Shown: in pieces, positions 21,186 through 30,739 of the stretch
Numbering within the stretch: the first letter of the stretch is position 1
Layout of the letters: every line of letters begins with the position of its first letter
Source: a virus
Lineage: Duplodnaviria; Caudoviricetes
Virus record (IMG/VR): IMGVR_UViG_3300035497_000313
Location: 1-64,000 of that record
Reading direction: 5' to 3' (one strand)
DNA: 64,000 nucleotides
Position numbers and translations under genes: made by a program
Notes under the pieces: generated by a model
Told to the model about the DNA's origin: nothing
Databases searched by the model: none
Seen by the model: only the letters and a program-made list of their open reading frames with translations

Positions 21186-21404
21186 TTATCCCTCTGCCTT
21201 TAATTTTTCAATATTTGCGTGTAAGTCATCGAGTGATTCTTTAGTATACCAACCGTGATAATCAAGGTATCTTTCAGCTTCATTAATAGCATAGTTTAAC
21301 ATAACCAAATCACGGTAGTGTGCACCATTATTGATTTCTCGTTCTCTTTCTGCTTTACACATTAACCAAAATTGTTTTGCATCAGCACTATCAGTAAATT
21401 TCAT
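21186..21404 (-). CDS. Hypothetical protein
   Basis: 72-aa ORF behind an early-type promoter. Confidence 0.55.
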   Translation of the reverse strand: MKFTDSADAKQFWLMCKAEREREINNGAHYRDLVMLNYAINEAERYLDYHGWYTKESLDDLHANIEKLKAEG

Positions 21405-21413
21405 TGTATCACC

Positions 21414-21683
21414 TTAAAATGCATATTTTTTAACAGCTTTAACTATCTGTCTATAAGTAAATTCACCGTCAGCACATATTACTGAACAATCGTCCTCATA
21501 CCACTCCATTTCACCTTCTGTAAAATCGTGTTCATATGAATAAATAATTTCGTCTTTAATATCTTCAGAATCATAGTGGTATGTCGTAAATACCTCATCA
21601 CAATTATCACAATTGTGTTCTTCAGCATCTTCTCTATATGTTTCTGCTATTCTTGCTACAACCTCATTAAATGTCAATTTCAT
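21414..21683 (-). CDS. Hypothetical protein
   Basis: 89 aa, GGGAGG SD. Confidence 0.6.
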   Translation of the reverse strand: MKLTFNEVVARIAETYREDAEEHNCDNCDEVFTTYHYDSEDIKDEIIYSYEHDFTEGEMEWYEDDCSVICADGEFTYRQIVKAVKKYAF

Positions 21684-21716
21684 ATAAGCCTCCCAAAGCT
21701 TTTATTTATTTTGTAG

Positions 21717-21749
21717 TTATAGTATAACACTATAATTAAATAAAGTCAA
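21717..21749 (-). promoter_or_regulatory. Conserved sigma-A-type promoter with palindrome over -10
   Basis: TTGACT-N17-TATACT, extended TG; TTATAGT-N5-ACTATAA. Confidence 0.8.
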
Positions 21750-21783
21750 GCATTTTTGGAAGGCTTTTTTAAATTAATTAAAA

Positions 21784-22275
21784 TTAAATTGCAATACCTA
21801 AAATAACTTGTGTGAATACAGTAGAAGCTACAAAATAAGCTAAAGCACAATTTATAATTCCAATAAATCCACCTATTAATTTATTTGTGTAACTTAATTT
21901 GTTTTCAAAGTTATTTGTATTTTTAAATGTGGTGTTGAATTGTCTTGTAATATTGTAAATTAACATATAAAACATAAAGAATATAAGTGCATTATATTGT
22001 GCTGTAAATGTTATTTGTCCAAAAAACAATATTACAGAAATATCAAATTTTGTCATTTCAAGTAAATAATTAATCTTATCTTCGGATAATATAATTCCGA
22101 AATTTGTGTTTATATATTTCCTTAAAATAACGGCTAAAATCAAGGCTACAACGGCACTAAATAAGTTTAATATAAAACTCTTAAGACTTTGCTTAAATCC
22201 GTGTGTAAAACCAGAAATTAAGTATAAAAGGAATACAATAACAATTACTCCGTAGAATATAATTGTTTGTAACAT
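21784..22275 (-). CDS. CvpA-like membrane protein
   Basis: ISGFTHGFKQSL near the N-terminus and NKLIGGFIGII near the C-terminus; four hydrophobic segments. Confidence 0.55.
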   Translation of the reverse strand: MLQTIIFYGVIVIVFLLYLISGFTHGFKQSLKSFILNLFSAVVALILAVILRKYINTNFGIILSEDKINYLLEMTKFDISVILFFGQITFTAQYNALIFFMFYMLIYNITRQFNTTFKNTNNFENKLSYTNKLIGGFIGIINCALAYFVASTVFTQVILGIAI

Positions 22276-22278
22276 AGG

Positions 22279-25200
22279 TTAATTCTCCTTATAGAATTTT
22301 TCGTCTTCTGTCTTTCCTTTTAAATAATGTTCTTTATCGTTATATACTGTGATGTAAAAATCTCCTTCTGCATAAGTTACTAAAATTAAATCTTCGTCAT
22401 TGTATAACCAACCGCTATAATTATTTGAACCTATTTGTAAATTCAATTTATACATTAAATATGAAATATACTTGTCTTGCGGGCTATAAAAAGTTTTACC
22501 TTGGAATATAGCACCTTCCTGTGGATTATTTACAGGTTTTTCAAATTGGTCTTTTATCCAATCCAACTTACTATCAGTTATACTTTCTTTAATAGCAGTT
22601 AATTTCTTTTGTTCTTTTATTTTAGTTGCCATCTCACTCATATTTGTTTTGTAATATTCCAATAACTGTTTAGCTGTTTCTGTTTTTGTATTTTCTGTTA
22701 ATGTAAAATTGGGATTATTTTCTTTAAAGTACTTTACAGAATCTACTACAACAGATTCAAAAGACTTTATTGCTTTACTTTCATTAAAAGTGTTATCTAC
22801 AATACGTTTAGCTAAATTCTTTCTAAGACCGCTATATTTATTGTATAAGTTTTTATTTTCTACAATAAATTTACATAAATCTTTTGATTCTTTAATACTC
22901 TCTTTTATAGTTTTATTTATAGATTCTTTAACAACTTCACCTTTTGAATTAATGATTTCGTTAATAACAAAAGTTATTCCAGTTCCGTTACTTTTTGTAA
23001 AATGATTATCGATTGTCAAGCCGTATTTAGATAAAATAGTTTTTAACTTTTCCACTTGTGAGTTCAGCCATCTCACACCTATATTACCCATTGGATTTTT
23101 ATATCTTATAATATAGCCACTAGCACCCCAAGTACTTAAATAATAATCAATGTTACTTGAATCAAACAACTCCGAAACAGCCATCTTTATAATCTCGGGA
23201 ACATATATATTTGACGGTTGCAAAGATTCCTTAACAGCTTTATCGGTATCAAGTCTCCAAAAATTATCTTTGATAGCTTTCATAACATCAGCTTTGGTAG
23301 CGTTAAGAGGAACAGTAGCTCCAATATATGTTGGATTACCATCATAGTCTGTTATATCCCAACATTCTATTGCATATTCAGGTGTTTCACCAGCAGATTC
23401 AACAGCATCCAAATATACTAATTTAAACAGTAAACCATTGTATTCAAAATCATCTTGTTCATCTATTTCACTGTCGGTTTCTTCTAATACAAGTTTATTT
23501 GATTGCTTAGTAGACTCATTAAATTCATCTTCGTAATCTTCATCGTCACCATAATAATTATTATAGTCTTCTCTTGCTTCGTCACTAGCCTCGTCCTCAG
23601 CTTCATCTCTAAAATAATCTAAAAGTTTATCGTGATATTTGTCAAACAAAGTATCGAAGTTATCTCTAACATATTGCTCTAATTTTTCTTCGTCCTCTTC
23701 CTCAAAATCACTATCATCAAGAAGATAGCACATTTTGTCTATAACTCTTTCTTTTTTAACATCATATGAGTAACTTATGGTATCGTCAAAATCGTATTCG
23801 GGGAGTCCTGTTTCCCAGTCAACTGGTCCATAACCACCAGATATATGTAAGTCGGAGTACTCTAATGTGACATATTCATCTCTATAAGATTCGGTTAATT
23901 CTTCTTCATCTGTTTCCTCTAATTCTAATTTATCTTTTGTAGCTTTAATTTTCTTTTTATTTAAAGTACAGTCTTCTTTAATTTGATTTTCAATATATAA
24001 ATTACCTATCTTATCCATTCTACAATTATATTTTTTACCAAGTATGTTGGTGGATTCTTTTAATATTTTAGGAATATTAAATTCGTCTTTTTCTAGTACA
24101 CTTGTATCTTCAATTCCACTTTCTTGTAAGAATCTATTTATAGCTGTTAAACTCTTAGGTACACGTACAAAACCACGACCTTTAATACAACTTTCCATAT
24201 AATTAACTAAGTCCGTTGTAGGCTGATTTACAAGCTCTGCGCTGTCTGTAACTTCTTCTTTACCCTCTTCAGCTTTTTGTCCTTCTACAGGGTCAACTTC
24301 ATTTATAAGCTGTTGAAATTCCCCTACGTGTTCTCTTTCTTCATTTATAATGTCTTGTAATTGTGTTTTTACTTTTTCATAATTACCTTTAACACATTCC
24401 GAAAGACTATCGTACTGAACAGCATCCGTCAAATGTAACATTTGGTTTTCGTATAACTCTATTGTATCATATTCCGATTTAATGCCAGCACGAAGTAATT
24501 GAAGAATTTCTGTTTTAGCACGTTCATCATTTGATGACTGCTCGTCTACTTCAGGCTGTTCGTCAGTATTGGTTTCATCGAGTTCTAAACTATCAATGTC
24601 AGAATCTTCTGTGATTGGTGTTTCTATTTTATCAACTTGTTCACCAACTAAACTTGTATCAATAACATTTGTGGGTTTTTCTTTAACTTCTGGTTTTTCC
24701 ATATCTTCCTTATCCTCTTTCATTTCTTGTTCGGTTTTATGTTCGCTGAATGTTACTGTCCATTCATTTGAATCTTCTACTTTTTCACTATCTACTTTAT
24801 TATAATAGCTTTCAAGTGCCATTACAGCGGTATCTTTATTTTGCGGACCAAAGATAGTAAAATTACCCTCTTTAGCTTTATAATCATTCGTAGCTTCTTT
24901 TATTTCACTTAATAATTTATCTGCTAAGTCACCCATATAATTTGTATTATAATCTTCGTCCATTGCTTTTCTTTGTATGTCATAAGCAATTGCGGCAGCT
25001 TGTTTCGGGTATTTACCAGCTTCAATTTCTGTTTTTATATTTTTCTGTAAAGTTTTCTTACTTTTACCTTTTATGAGTTTTTCATTGACAGGATAAGTGC
25101 ATTTTATCTTTTTGCTTTCTGTTAAAGGTGTATGTCCTACTCCACCATAAATATCGTCTACGCTATAATCGTAATCAACTGTGTAATCAAATTCTACATA

Positions 25201-26103
25201 ACCAATATCACGAGTAATAGTAACAGGTTTTTCAAGTATGATTCCAAGTACAGAACCACCACCATTAGCTGTATCTACAAGACCGCAATCTGTACGTGTA
25301 CTAACAACAAATTGTGACTTGTTTATAACGTCATTTATTGACATTTCAACTAGAAATACAAGTTGTCCGATACTTGACGAGCAGTTATAAACTTCTTCTT
25401 GTACACTCTTTAAAAATTCACTATTTTTAAAATCTGAATTTATTATAGCATTAAATAAATCTTCTTTTGTATAACCTTGTGTTTTGGCAAGCCATACTAA
25501 ACTTGCTGTATCTGGAATATCATCAACTGTTTTTAATACATCATCAGCATAAGCATTTTCTACATATTCTGTATTACTATCACCAGTATCTATAAAAATT
25601 TCACAAGGATAATTTTGTTCAAAGAAATGTTCATAAGGTGGATTAATATATATATTTTCCGATACAACTTTCCATACGTCATCATCTGTATGTGTTATAT
25701 TTTGACTATCAAAGTATTTTTTAATATCTTCTACAATAGGACTTAATTCATCAGTTAAACTGCTATAACTATATACATCGTCCAAATACTCATACAACTT
25801 ATCGGTAAACTCTTCACCAGTCATACCTCTACTGTATTTATTATACTTATTAGCTAAAACACTAAGCTCTATTGTATCATTGTAGTCTGCATAATATTCG
25901 CCAAACCAATTACCACCGTCATAGTTTAAACCATAATTCTTATAGTTATTTTTTAACCAACCTAAAATAACTTGTTCTAAGTTATTATCTTTAAGTGGTT
26001 CAAATGGTTCAGTTTCTTCCGTATTCACTTCTTCGTCTATATCCTCTTTTACAAGTTTAGACCCCTTTACTTCCTTATTGTCGGTTAGTTTTTTACTTGC
26101 CAT
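22279..26103 (-). CDS. Large acidic mosaic protein, probable internal virion polyprotein; includes a ferritin-like segment
   Basis: 1274 aa; many (L/I/V)xE-S/D linkers; SEYDTIELYE...IINEEREHVGEF ferritin-like motif; basic KGKSKK..QKNI..EIEAGK.PKQA.AIAY module. Confidence 0.65.
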   Translation of the reverse strand: MASKKLTDNKEVKGSKLVKEDIDEEVNTEETEPFEPLKDNNLEQVILGWLKNNYKNYGLNYDGGNWFGEYYADYNDTIELSVLANKYNKYSRGMTGEEFTDKLYEYLDDVYSYSSLTDELSPIVEDIKKYFDSQNITHTDDDVWKVVSENIYINPPYEHFFEQNYPCEIFIDTGDSNTEYVENAYADDVLKTVDDIPDTASLVWLAKTQGYTKEDLFNAIINSDFKNSEFLKSVQEEVYNCSSSIGQLVFLVEMSINDVINKSQFVVSTRTDCGLVDTANGGGSVLGIILEKPVTITRDIGYVEFDYTVDYDYSVDDIYGGVGHTPLTESKKIKCTYPVNEKLIKGKSKKTLQKNIKTEIEAGKYPKQAAAIAYDIQRKAMDEDYNTNYMGDLADKLLSEIKEATNDYKAKEGNFTIFGPQNKDTAVMALESYYNKVDSEKVEDSNEWTVTFSEHKTEQEMKEDKEDMEKPEVKEKPTNVIDTSLVGEQVDKIETPITEDSDIDSLELDETNTDEQPEVDEQSSNDERAKTEILQLLRAGIKSEYDTIELYENQMLHLTDAVQYDSLSECVKGNYEKVKTQLQDIINEEREHVGEFQQLINEVDPVEGQKAEEGKEEVTDSAELVNQPTTDLVNYMESCIKGRGFVRVPKSLTAINRFLQESGIEDTSVLEKDEFNIPKILKESTNILGKKYNCRMDKIGNLYIENQIKEDCTLNKKKIKATKDKLELEETDEEELTESYRDEYVTLEYSDLHISGGYGPVDWETGLPEYDFDDTISYSYDVKKERVIDKMCYLLDDSDFEEEDEEKLEQYVRDNFDTLFDKYHDKLLDYFRDEAEDEASDEAREDYNNYYGDDEDYEDEFNESTKQSNKLVLEETDSEIDEQDDFEYNGLLFKLVYLDAVESAGETPEYAIECWDITDYDGNPTYIGATVPLNATKADVMKAIKDNFWRLDTDKAVKESLQPSNIYVPEIIKMAVSELFDSSNIDYYLSTWGASGYIIRYKNPMGNIGVRWLNSQVEKLKTILSKYGLTIDNHFTKSNGTGITFVINEIINSKGEVVKESINKTIKESIKESKDLCKFIVENKNLYNKYSGLRKNLAKRIVDNTFNESKAIKSFESVVVDSVKYFKENNPNFTLTENTKTETAKQLLEYYKTNMSEMATKIKEQKKLTAIKESITDSKLDWIKDQFEKPVNNPQEGAIFQGKTFYSPQDKYISYLMYKLNLQIGSNNYSGWLYNDEDLILVTYAEGDFYITVYNDKEHYLKGKTEDEKFYKEN

Positions 26104-26114
26104 CTTTTAACTCC

Positions 26115-26354
26115 TTAATCTAATTTATTTAATTGTTGTTTTATATCATCAATTCTTTCATTACATACTTCTACTAAATGTTCAGTAGCATTATCAGAAG
26201 GACGTTTATTAACAGCATCGTGAATGATATATTTACAAGCTTGTATAATTTCTTCTGCATAATTCCATATGTTTTGAGCTACTTTTACATTAGTAACTAC
26301 AGATGTATCTTTTACTTCTTCTTGTTCTTTAATGAGTTTAATCACACAAACCAT
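26115..26354 (-). CDS. Hypothetical protein (IKLIKEQ motif)
   Basis: Short ORF in operon. Confidence 0.5.
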   Translation of the reverse strand: MVCVIKLIKEQEEVKDTSVVTNVKVAQNIWNYAEEIIQACKYIIHDAVNKRPSDNATEHLVEVCNERIDDIKQQLNKLD

Positions 26355-26580
26355 TCTCCTGATACTTTTTTAGTTCTTGGTCTATTTTCTTTAATTTATC
26401 TTCATTTTCTTTTATAAGTTTCTTATTCTTAGCTACCCAAGAATAAGGTTTACCATTTAAGTTGTATTGCTTATCTTGTGCTAATTCTTGGTTAAGAACA
26501 TAAATTTTTTGCTGTAACCATTGTTTTTGTTCGTTAAGTTCTTCTATTCTGTTTTCAACATATTGCTTAATGTAGCTCAT
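26338..26580 (-). CDS. Hypothetical coiled-coil protein
   Basis: 80-aa ORF with SD. Confidence 0.55.
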   Translation of the reverse strand: MSYIKQYVENRIEELNEQKQWLQQKIYVLNQELAQDKQYNLNGKPYSWVAKNKKLIKENEDKLKKIDQELKKYQENGLCD

Positions 26581-26595
26581 TTAATTATCCTCTAA

Positions 26596-27186
26596 TTAAT
26601 ACATTTCTTTAATTAATTCTATTGCATCGTCAATATATAAGTCTATATCGTCATCAGTAAAATTTTTATAGTTTGCATATCCGTCAACTTTGAAATAAGG
26701 TGCATCTGTGTCATATACTTGCATAAAATGATTTTTCATATATGCAATAAATGAAGATAAATCACTTCCATCAAGACTATCCTCTATTTCAGGTTTAAAT
26801 ATACTATCCCAGTCATTGGGTACAATATCATTTTCCAATGCCTCGGGAACACAATCAATTTCTTGTAAATAATCATAAAATTCTTCAAAAGTTTTCTTAC
26901 TTTGAAGTTCAGCTATGATTTCATCTTGTTCGGAAGTATCTTCAACTTCATCATCGTCATCTACGTCTTCGGTAATTTCATTACCGCTTTCACGTACTCC
27001 GTAAACATTTATCTTTTGATTTGGATAACGTGTTTGCATACTTTCCAATACTTTTTGCTTAGCTTCATCTTCATTATTAGCTGTTACTACTGTGACAAAA
27101 TTAGGATTACCATCTTTTGAATAACTTACAGTATATTGTTTAGCTTCGTTTAAAGATTTTTTAGTTTCAATGATTTTTTCTACCAT
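26596..27186 (-). CDS. Hypothetical acidic protein
   Basis: 196 aa; LNEA and ITED linkers. Confidence 0.6.
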   Translation of the reverse strand: MVEKIIETKKSLNEAKQYTVSYSKDGNPNFVTVVTANNEDEAKQKVLESMQTRYPNQKINVYGVRESGNEITEDVDDDDEVEDTSEQDEIIAELQSKKTFEEFYDYLQEIDCVPEALENDIVPNDWDSIFKPEIEDSLDGSDLSSFIAYMKNHFMQVYDTDAPYFKVDGYANYKNFTDDDIDLYIDDAIELIKEMY

Positions 27187-27210
27187 TTTAATAGCTCCAT
27201 TTATTTAACT

Positions 27211-27246
27211 TTATTATAGTATATCACTATAATAATAAGTTGTCAA
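27211..27246 (-). promoter_or_regulatory. Conserved promoter with palindrome over -10
   Basis: TTGACA-N17-TATACT; 10-bp arms ttattatagt/actataataa. Confidence 0.8.
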
Positions 27247-27298
27247 CTATTTTAATTCAGTTTAATTATATATTTTTGCAATAAATGTTGTCAAAATA

Positions 27299-27336
27299 AA
27301 AATAGTGCAGTAAAACTAATTACTACACTATTTTTT
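27299..27336. terminator. Intrinsic terminator
   Basis: aaaatagtgcagtaa...ttactacactattttt. Confidence 0.55.
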
Positions 27337-27368
27337 GTGGTATATTGGGGGAATGTCGTATGAGCATT

Positions 27369-27860
27369 TTATCTGGTGCCATCGTCACCACTTAAGTAAT
27401 TGAAATTATTTTCTTCATAATCTTTATCTAAAGTATTATCAAGTTTACTTCTAAATTCTGGTGCTAATTTAACGTAAAAACAATCTGGAAATACCATTCC
27501 ATTAGATACTTCTGTTATTCTAAATGGTTTATATTCTCCATTTATAGCGGCTGGAATAAGTAATAAACAACCACTTTGAAGTCCAGGAGTGTCATATGGC
27601 AGTTGTGCTAATAACGGTTTATTTTCACTATCTTCACTAAACCAACCTAGTTTTTTTAATGTTTTTTGATTTGGATATTCTTCAAAAATAATATCTAATG
27701 GAATAGGGTCTTTATAATTTGCGTTTAATTCTATATGTGTATCATACCTTTTTGTAGCAGGTATAATTTCACAATACAAACATTCTATTCCTAATAAATG
27801 TGCCATTTCTTTAAATCTTTCTCTTAATAAAGTGGCATCATTTCCTATGAGTATTCCCAT
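27369..27860 (-). CDS. Putative neck/head-completion protein (T4 gp14-like)
   Basis: FKEMAHLLGIECLY...TLKKLGWF pattern; weak resemblance only. Confidence 0.4.
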   Translation of the reverse strand: MGILIGNDATLLRERFKEMAHLLGIECLYCEIIPATKRYDTHIELNANYKDPIPLDIIFEEYPNQKTLKKLGWFSEDSENKPLLAQLPYDTPGLQSGCLLLIPAAINGEYKPFRITEVSNGMVFPDCFYVKLAPEFRSKLDNTLDKDYEENNFNYLSGDDGTR

Positions 27861-27864
27861 TTAT

Positions 27865-28185
27865 TTAACCTCTATCAGTAGGAATCCAAATTCTTAAATC
27901 ATCGCATAAATCATAAAATTTACTTAATTCGTAATCCCATTCATCATCCACATTTTCGTCATCTTCGGAATAAACATCAAAATCTTCGGTATAACTGTCA
28001 TAATCACTTTCATCAAAATAATCAGGTATTGCGTTTATTATTTCTTTATAAGCTGATTTTAATGCTTCTTTTAAATCGTCATAACTACCTTCATCATTTG
28101 CTTTACGAAGTTTAAGTGCTGTATTTTTTGACAATTCATACTTCCAAGGGTTTCTCATTTTACTTTTCCTCTTTAAAATATTCAC
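27865..28185 (-). CDS. Hypothetical protein
   Basis: Acidic; C-terminal FYDLCDDLRIWI motif. Confidence 0.55.
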   Translation of the reverse strand: MNILKRKSKMRNPWKYELSKNTALKLRKANDEGSYDDLKEALKSAYKEIINAIPDYFDESDYDSYTEDFDVYSEDDENVDDEWDYELSKFYDLCDDLRIWIPTDRG

Positions 28186-29137
28186 TCATTGTAAAAACTT
28201 TTAAACATTGTTGTTTAATTCCTTCTGTTTCAGCCGTTGCTAAACTTTCAGCAGGTGTCTTTAATAATTCATCCCTTATTTGAGTTGATTCTGTTATTTC
28301 TTCAGATATAGTTGCGTTATCTTTTACTTTGTTTATAATCTTTTCATCAACATCGTAAAGATATGTAGCATATACAGCTCCATTAATACGACAATCATAT
28401 TCACTTTGTTTTTTGTCATGGACAGATTTAATGTTCCTTGATGAATCCGTGTATTTTCCACGATACTTTTTATTAAAATATGTCTTAGCTTGACTTGGAC
28501 TTAATGCAATTACAGGTTGATACTCATCAATATGTTTATTATTATCTATAAGGTCGTATTCAACATTATATACACCTAATCCATCTTGATAATACGTCAC
28601 ATTTACATTTTTATAATGATTTGCTTGAGGTAAGTCATAAGCCTTATCTACAGCATCGTCAATATTATCAGCGGTTATTATAACTCTTTCTTTTCTATTT
28701 ACCATATGACCGTCATGAAAAGTTGCCACATACTTATTCGTATACTCTTCAATAAGTTTATTTGGCATTTCGTCTGTTTCTTCTAATATTAATTTACCAT
28801 CTTTTTTCATAGATTCGTTTAACTCCGACAAAATTTTCTCAACTTCAATTTTATCTTTTTCGGATAAAACTCCTAATTTTCTAATAAAAAATCTCGATTT
28901 TATTTTAATGGTTTTAGATAATCTTATTGTAGATTGTTTATCTAATCCAGCACTTTTTAAATCTTTTATATCATATTCACCATCAAAATTTAATCTCGGT
29001 TTATGTGAAGTTATTTTAGCTGTAAGTATATATACTTGACCAGGAGTAATAACTAACACGGGGCGTTTTTTATGCTCAGTCAAGTCATCTTCAAATACAA
29101 CATCCGCTAACCATATATCCCACTTGTTAATGCTCAT
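28160..29137 (-). CDS. PemK/MazF-like domain fused to additional domains
   Basis: KWDIWLADVVFEDD...KKRPVLVI...KITS...AGLDKQSTIRL...LGVLSEKD; then LNES and KLILEETD linkers. Confidence 0.75.
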   Translation of the reverse strand: MSINKWDIWLADVVFEDDLTEHKKRPVLVITPGQVYILTAKITSHKPRLNFDGEYDIKDLKSAGLDKQSTIRLSKTIKIKSRFFIRKLGVLSEKDKIEVEKILSELNESMKKDGKLILEETDEMPNKLIEEYTNKYVATFHDGHMVNRKERVIITADNIDDAVDKAYDLPQANHYKNVNVTYYQDGLGVYNVEYDLIDNNKHIDEYQPVIALSPSQAKTYFNKKYRGKYTDSSRNIKSVHDKKQSEYDCRINGAVYATYLYDVDEKIINKVKDNATISEEITESTQIRDELLKTPAESLATAETEGIKQQCLKVFTMSEYFKEEK

Positions 29138-29140
29138 TTT

Positions 29141-30046
29141 TTACTCCTCATCCCAATAAGCATCTTCGGGGTCATCCCAATCTGCTGGCAATACTGTGTA
29201 ACCAGTCTTTTTGTCTATATAACCTATCGTGGGAATTTTTTCAATTATTTTATCTATATCTTCATTAATATTATTTGATACTTCGTCCGTTTCTTCTAAT
29301 ACTAAACGAGTATCTTTTTTTGACGTAGTTTCATCTAAGCCTTTCTTATATTTTAAATAAGATATATCATTTCGTGTTATCTTTGAATCTATTACTGGTG
29401 CATAACCTTCGTCAATGTAAACTCCGCTATCTGTTTCACTTTGTCTTGTTTTACTCATATCAAATGAAGCAAATGGTCTACCATTTACACGAGATAAAAT
29501 TCTACTACCGTCTGGATTATCTTTATCAGATTTATCTAAAAGCTCTGTACCGAAATGAACTATACCCATAGGTTCTGTATCACCATAGTGATGGTTGCCT
29601 TTATAACCTGTATAAATATATTCACTTTCACAAGTTCCACTATGAATATACAATATAGATTCTTGTTTATAATCTTTTGCAATATCTAGCATTGTTTTTT
29701 CAAAATCAGAATCATTATTTGCGTTTATAACTGCAAAAGAATTTTCTTTTTCTGATTTTGAAGCACTATCGTATTTATAAAAACCTTTTATGCTTATTAT
29801 AAAGTAATGATGTGTTTTTAATTCAGTTAAAAGCATCCGTGTATCTCTATTATTTGATGCCCTTGTATAATTTGAAAGTTTCTTTTGATATTCTTCATCA
29901 GATTCAGTAGGCTCTTTATCTGGTGCATTTTTATACGCACTTATACAAACACAATCGTGGTCTTTAATATGAGCTTGTAATCTTGATAATCCACTTTCAT
30001 TCAGTTGTTTTTTATTATAAATCTTAGTTACCATCTCATTCTCCAA
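29141..30046 (-). CDS. Hypothetical protein with acidic antitoxin-like C-terminus
   Basis: N-terminal LNESGLSRL; C-terminal VLPADWDDPEDAYWDEE immediately upstream of the MazF-like gene. Confidence 0.6.
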   Translation of the reverse strand: MENEMVTKIYNKKQLNESGLSRLQAHIKDHDCVCISAYKNAPDKEPTESDEEYQKKLSNYTRASNNRDTRMLLTELKTHHYFIISIKGFYKYDSASKSEKENSFAVINANNDSDFEKTMLDIAKDYKQESILYIHSGTCESEYIYTGYKGNHHYGDTEPMGIVHFGTELLDKSDKDNPDGSRILSRVNGRPFASFDMSKTRQSETDSGVYIDEGYAPVIDSKITRNDISYLKYKKGLDETTSKKDTRLVLEETDEVSNNINEDIDKIIEKIPTIGYIDKKTGYTVLPADWDDPEDAYWDEE

Positions 30047-30101
30047 ATAACATTTACACTTAGAGTATAATATGTCTAAGTGTAAATGTCAAATTCTAAT
30101 T

Positions 30102-30665
30102 TTAGTTTGTGTCAGTCAAAAGATAAAATAAACCGCTATGAAATTTATCGTCCGAACTCTTTACTTCGTTATCAAATTCAATTAATTCATCATATGCTTC
30201 TTTTACTTTTGTACGGAATAAATCAAATGCTCTATCCGAAATCTCTAATTGCTTCTTCAACTTTTCTACTTGTTCGGCATACTGTTTAATATATTGAGTA
30301 ATTTTATCTCTAACCTCTTGCATTGAAAATACATAAGTAGGTCTCTCAAATCCAGGTGTATAACCCTCTCTACGTTCGTCATCTAATGGAAGTTCGTCAA
30401 CAAATCCATAAAGACATATGTAGTCATTTCCATATACTCCGTTTTCAGAATAAGACACATAAAGCTTCGGATGTGCATATATATAACCGCTATCTTCCTC
30501 TATTCTGCCACCGCTAATAGCTCTGCCGAGCTGTGCAAATTCGCTGCCATCCTTTTTACGCTTAACTTCTACTTTTTTCCAAGCTTCTAACTTATTAGTA
30601 GTTTCAGCGAGTTGTTCTTCTAACTTTGTCTTAATTTGTTCCTTTGTGTTAAATGTAAATCTCAT
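30102..30665 (-). CDS. Hypothetical protein
   Basis: 187 aa, AAGGAG SD, own promoter. Confidence 0.65.
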   Translation of the reverse strand: MRFTFNTKEQIKTKLEEQLAETTNKLEAWKKVEVKRKKDGSEFAQLGRAISGGRIEEDSGYIYAHPKLYVSYSENGVYGNDYICLYGFVDELPLDDERREGYTPGFERPTYVFSMQEVRDKITQYIKQYAEQVEKLKKQLEISDRAFDLFRTKVKEAYDELIEFDNEVKSSDDKFHSGLFYLLTDTN

Positions 30666-30699
30666 GATTTTTTACTCCTTAGTGTTTATTTATTTTATG

Positions 30700-30733
30700 G
30701 TTATAGTATATCACTATAACATATAAATGTCAA
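30700..30733 (-). promoter_or_regulatory. Conserved promoter with palindrome over -10
   Basis: TTGACA-N17-TATACT; gttatagt-atatc-actataac. Confidence 0.8.
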
Positions 30734-30739
30734 GCGATT

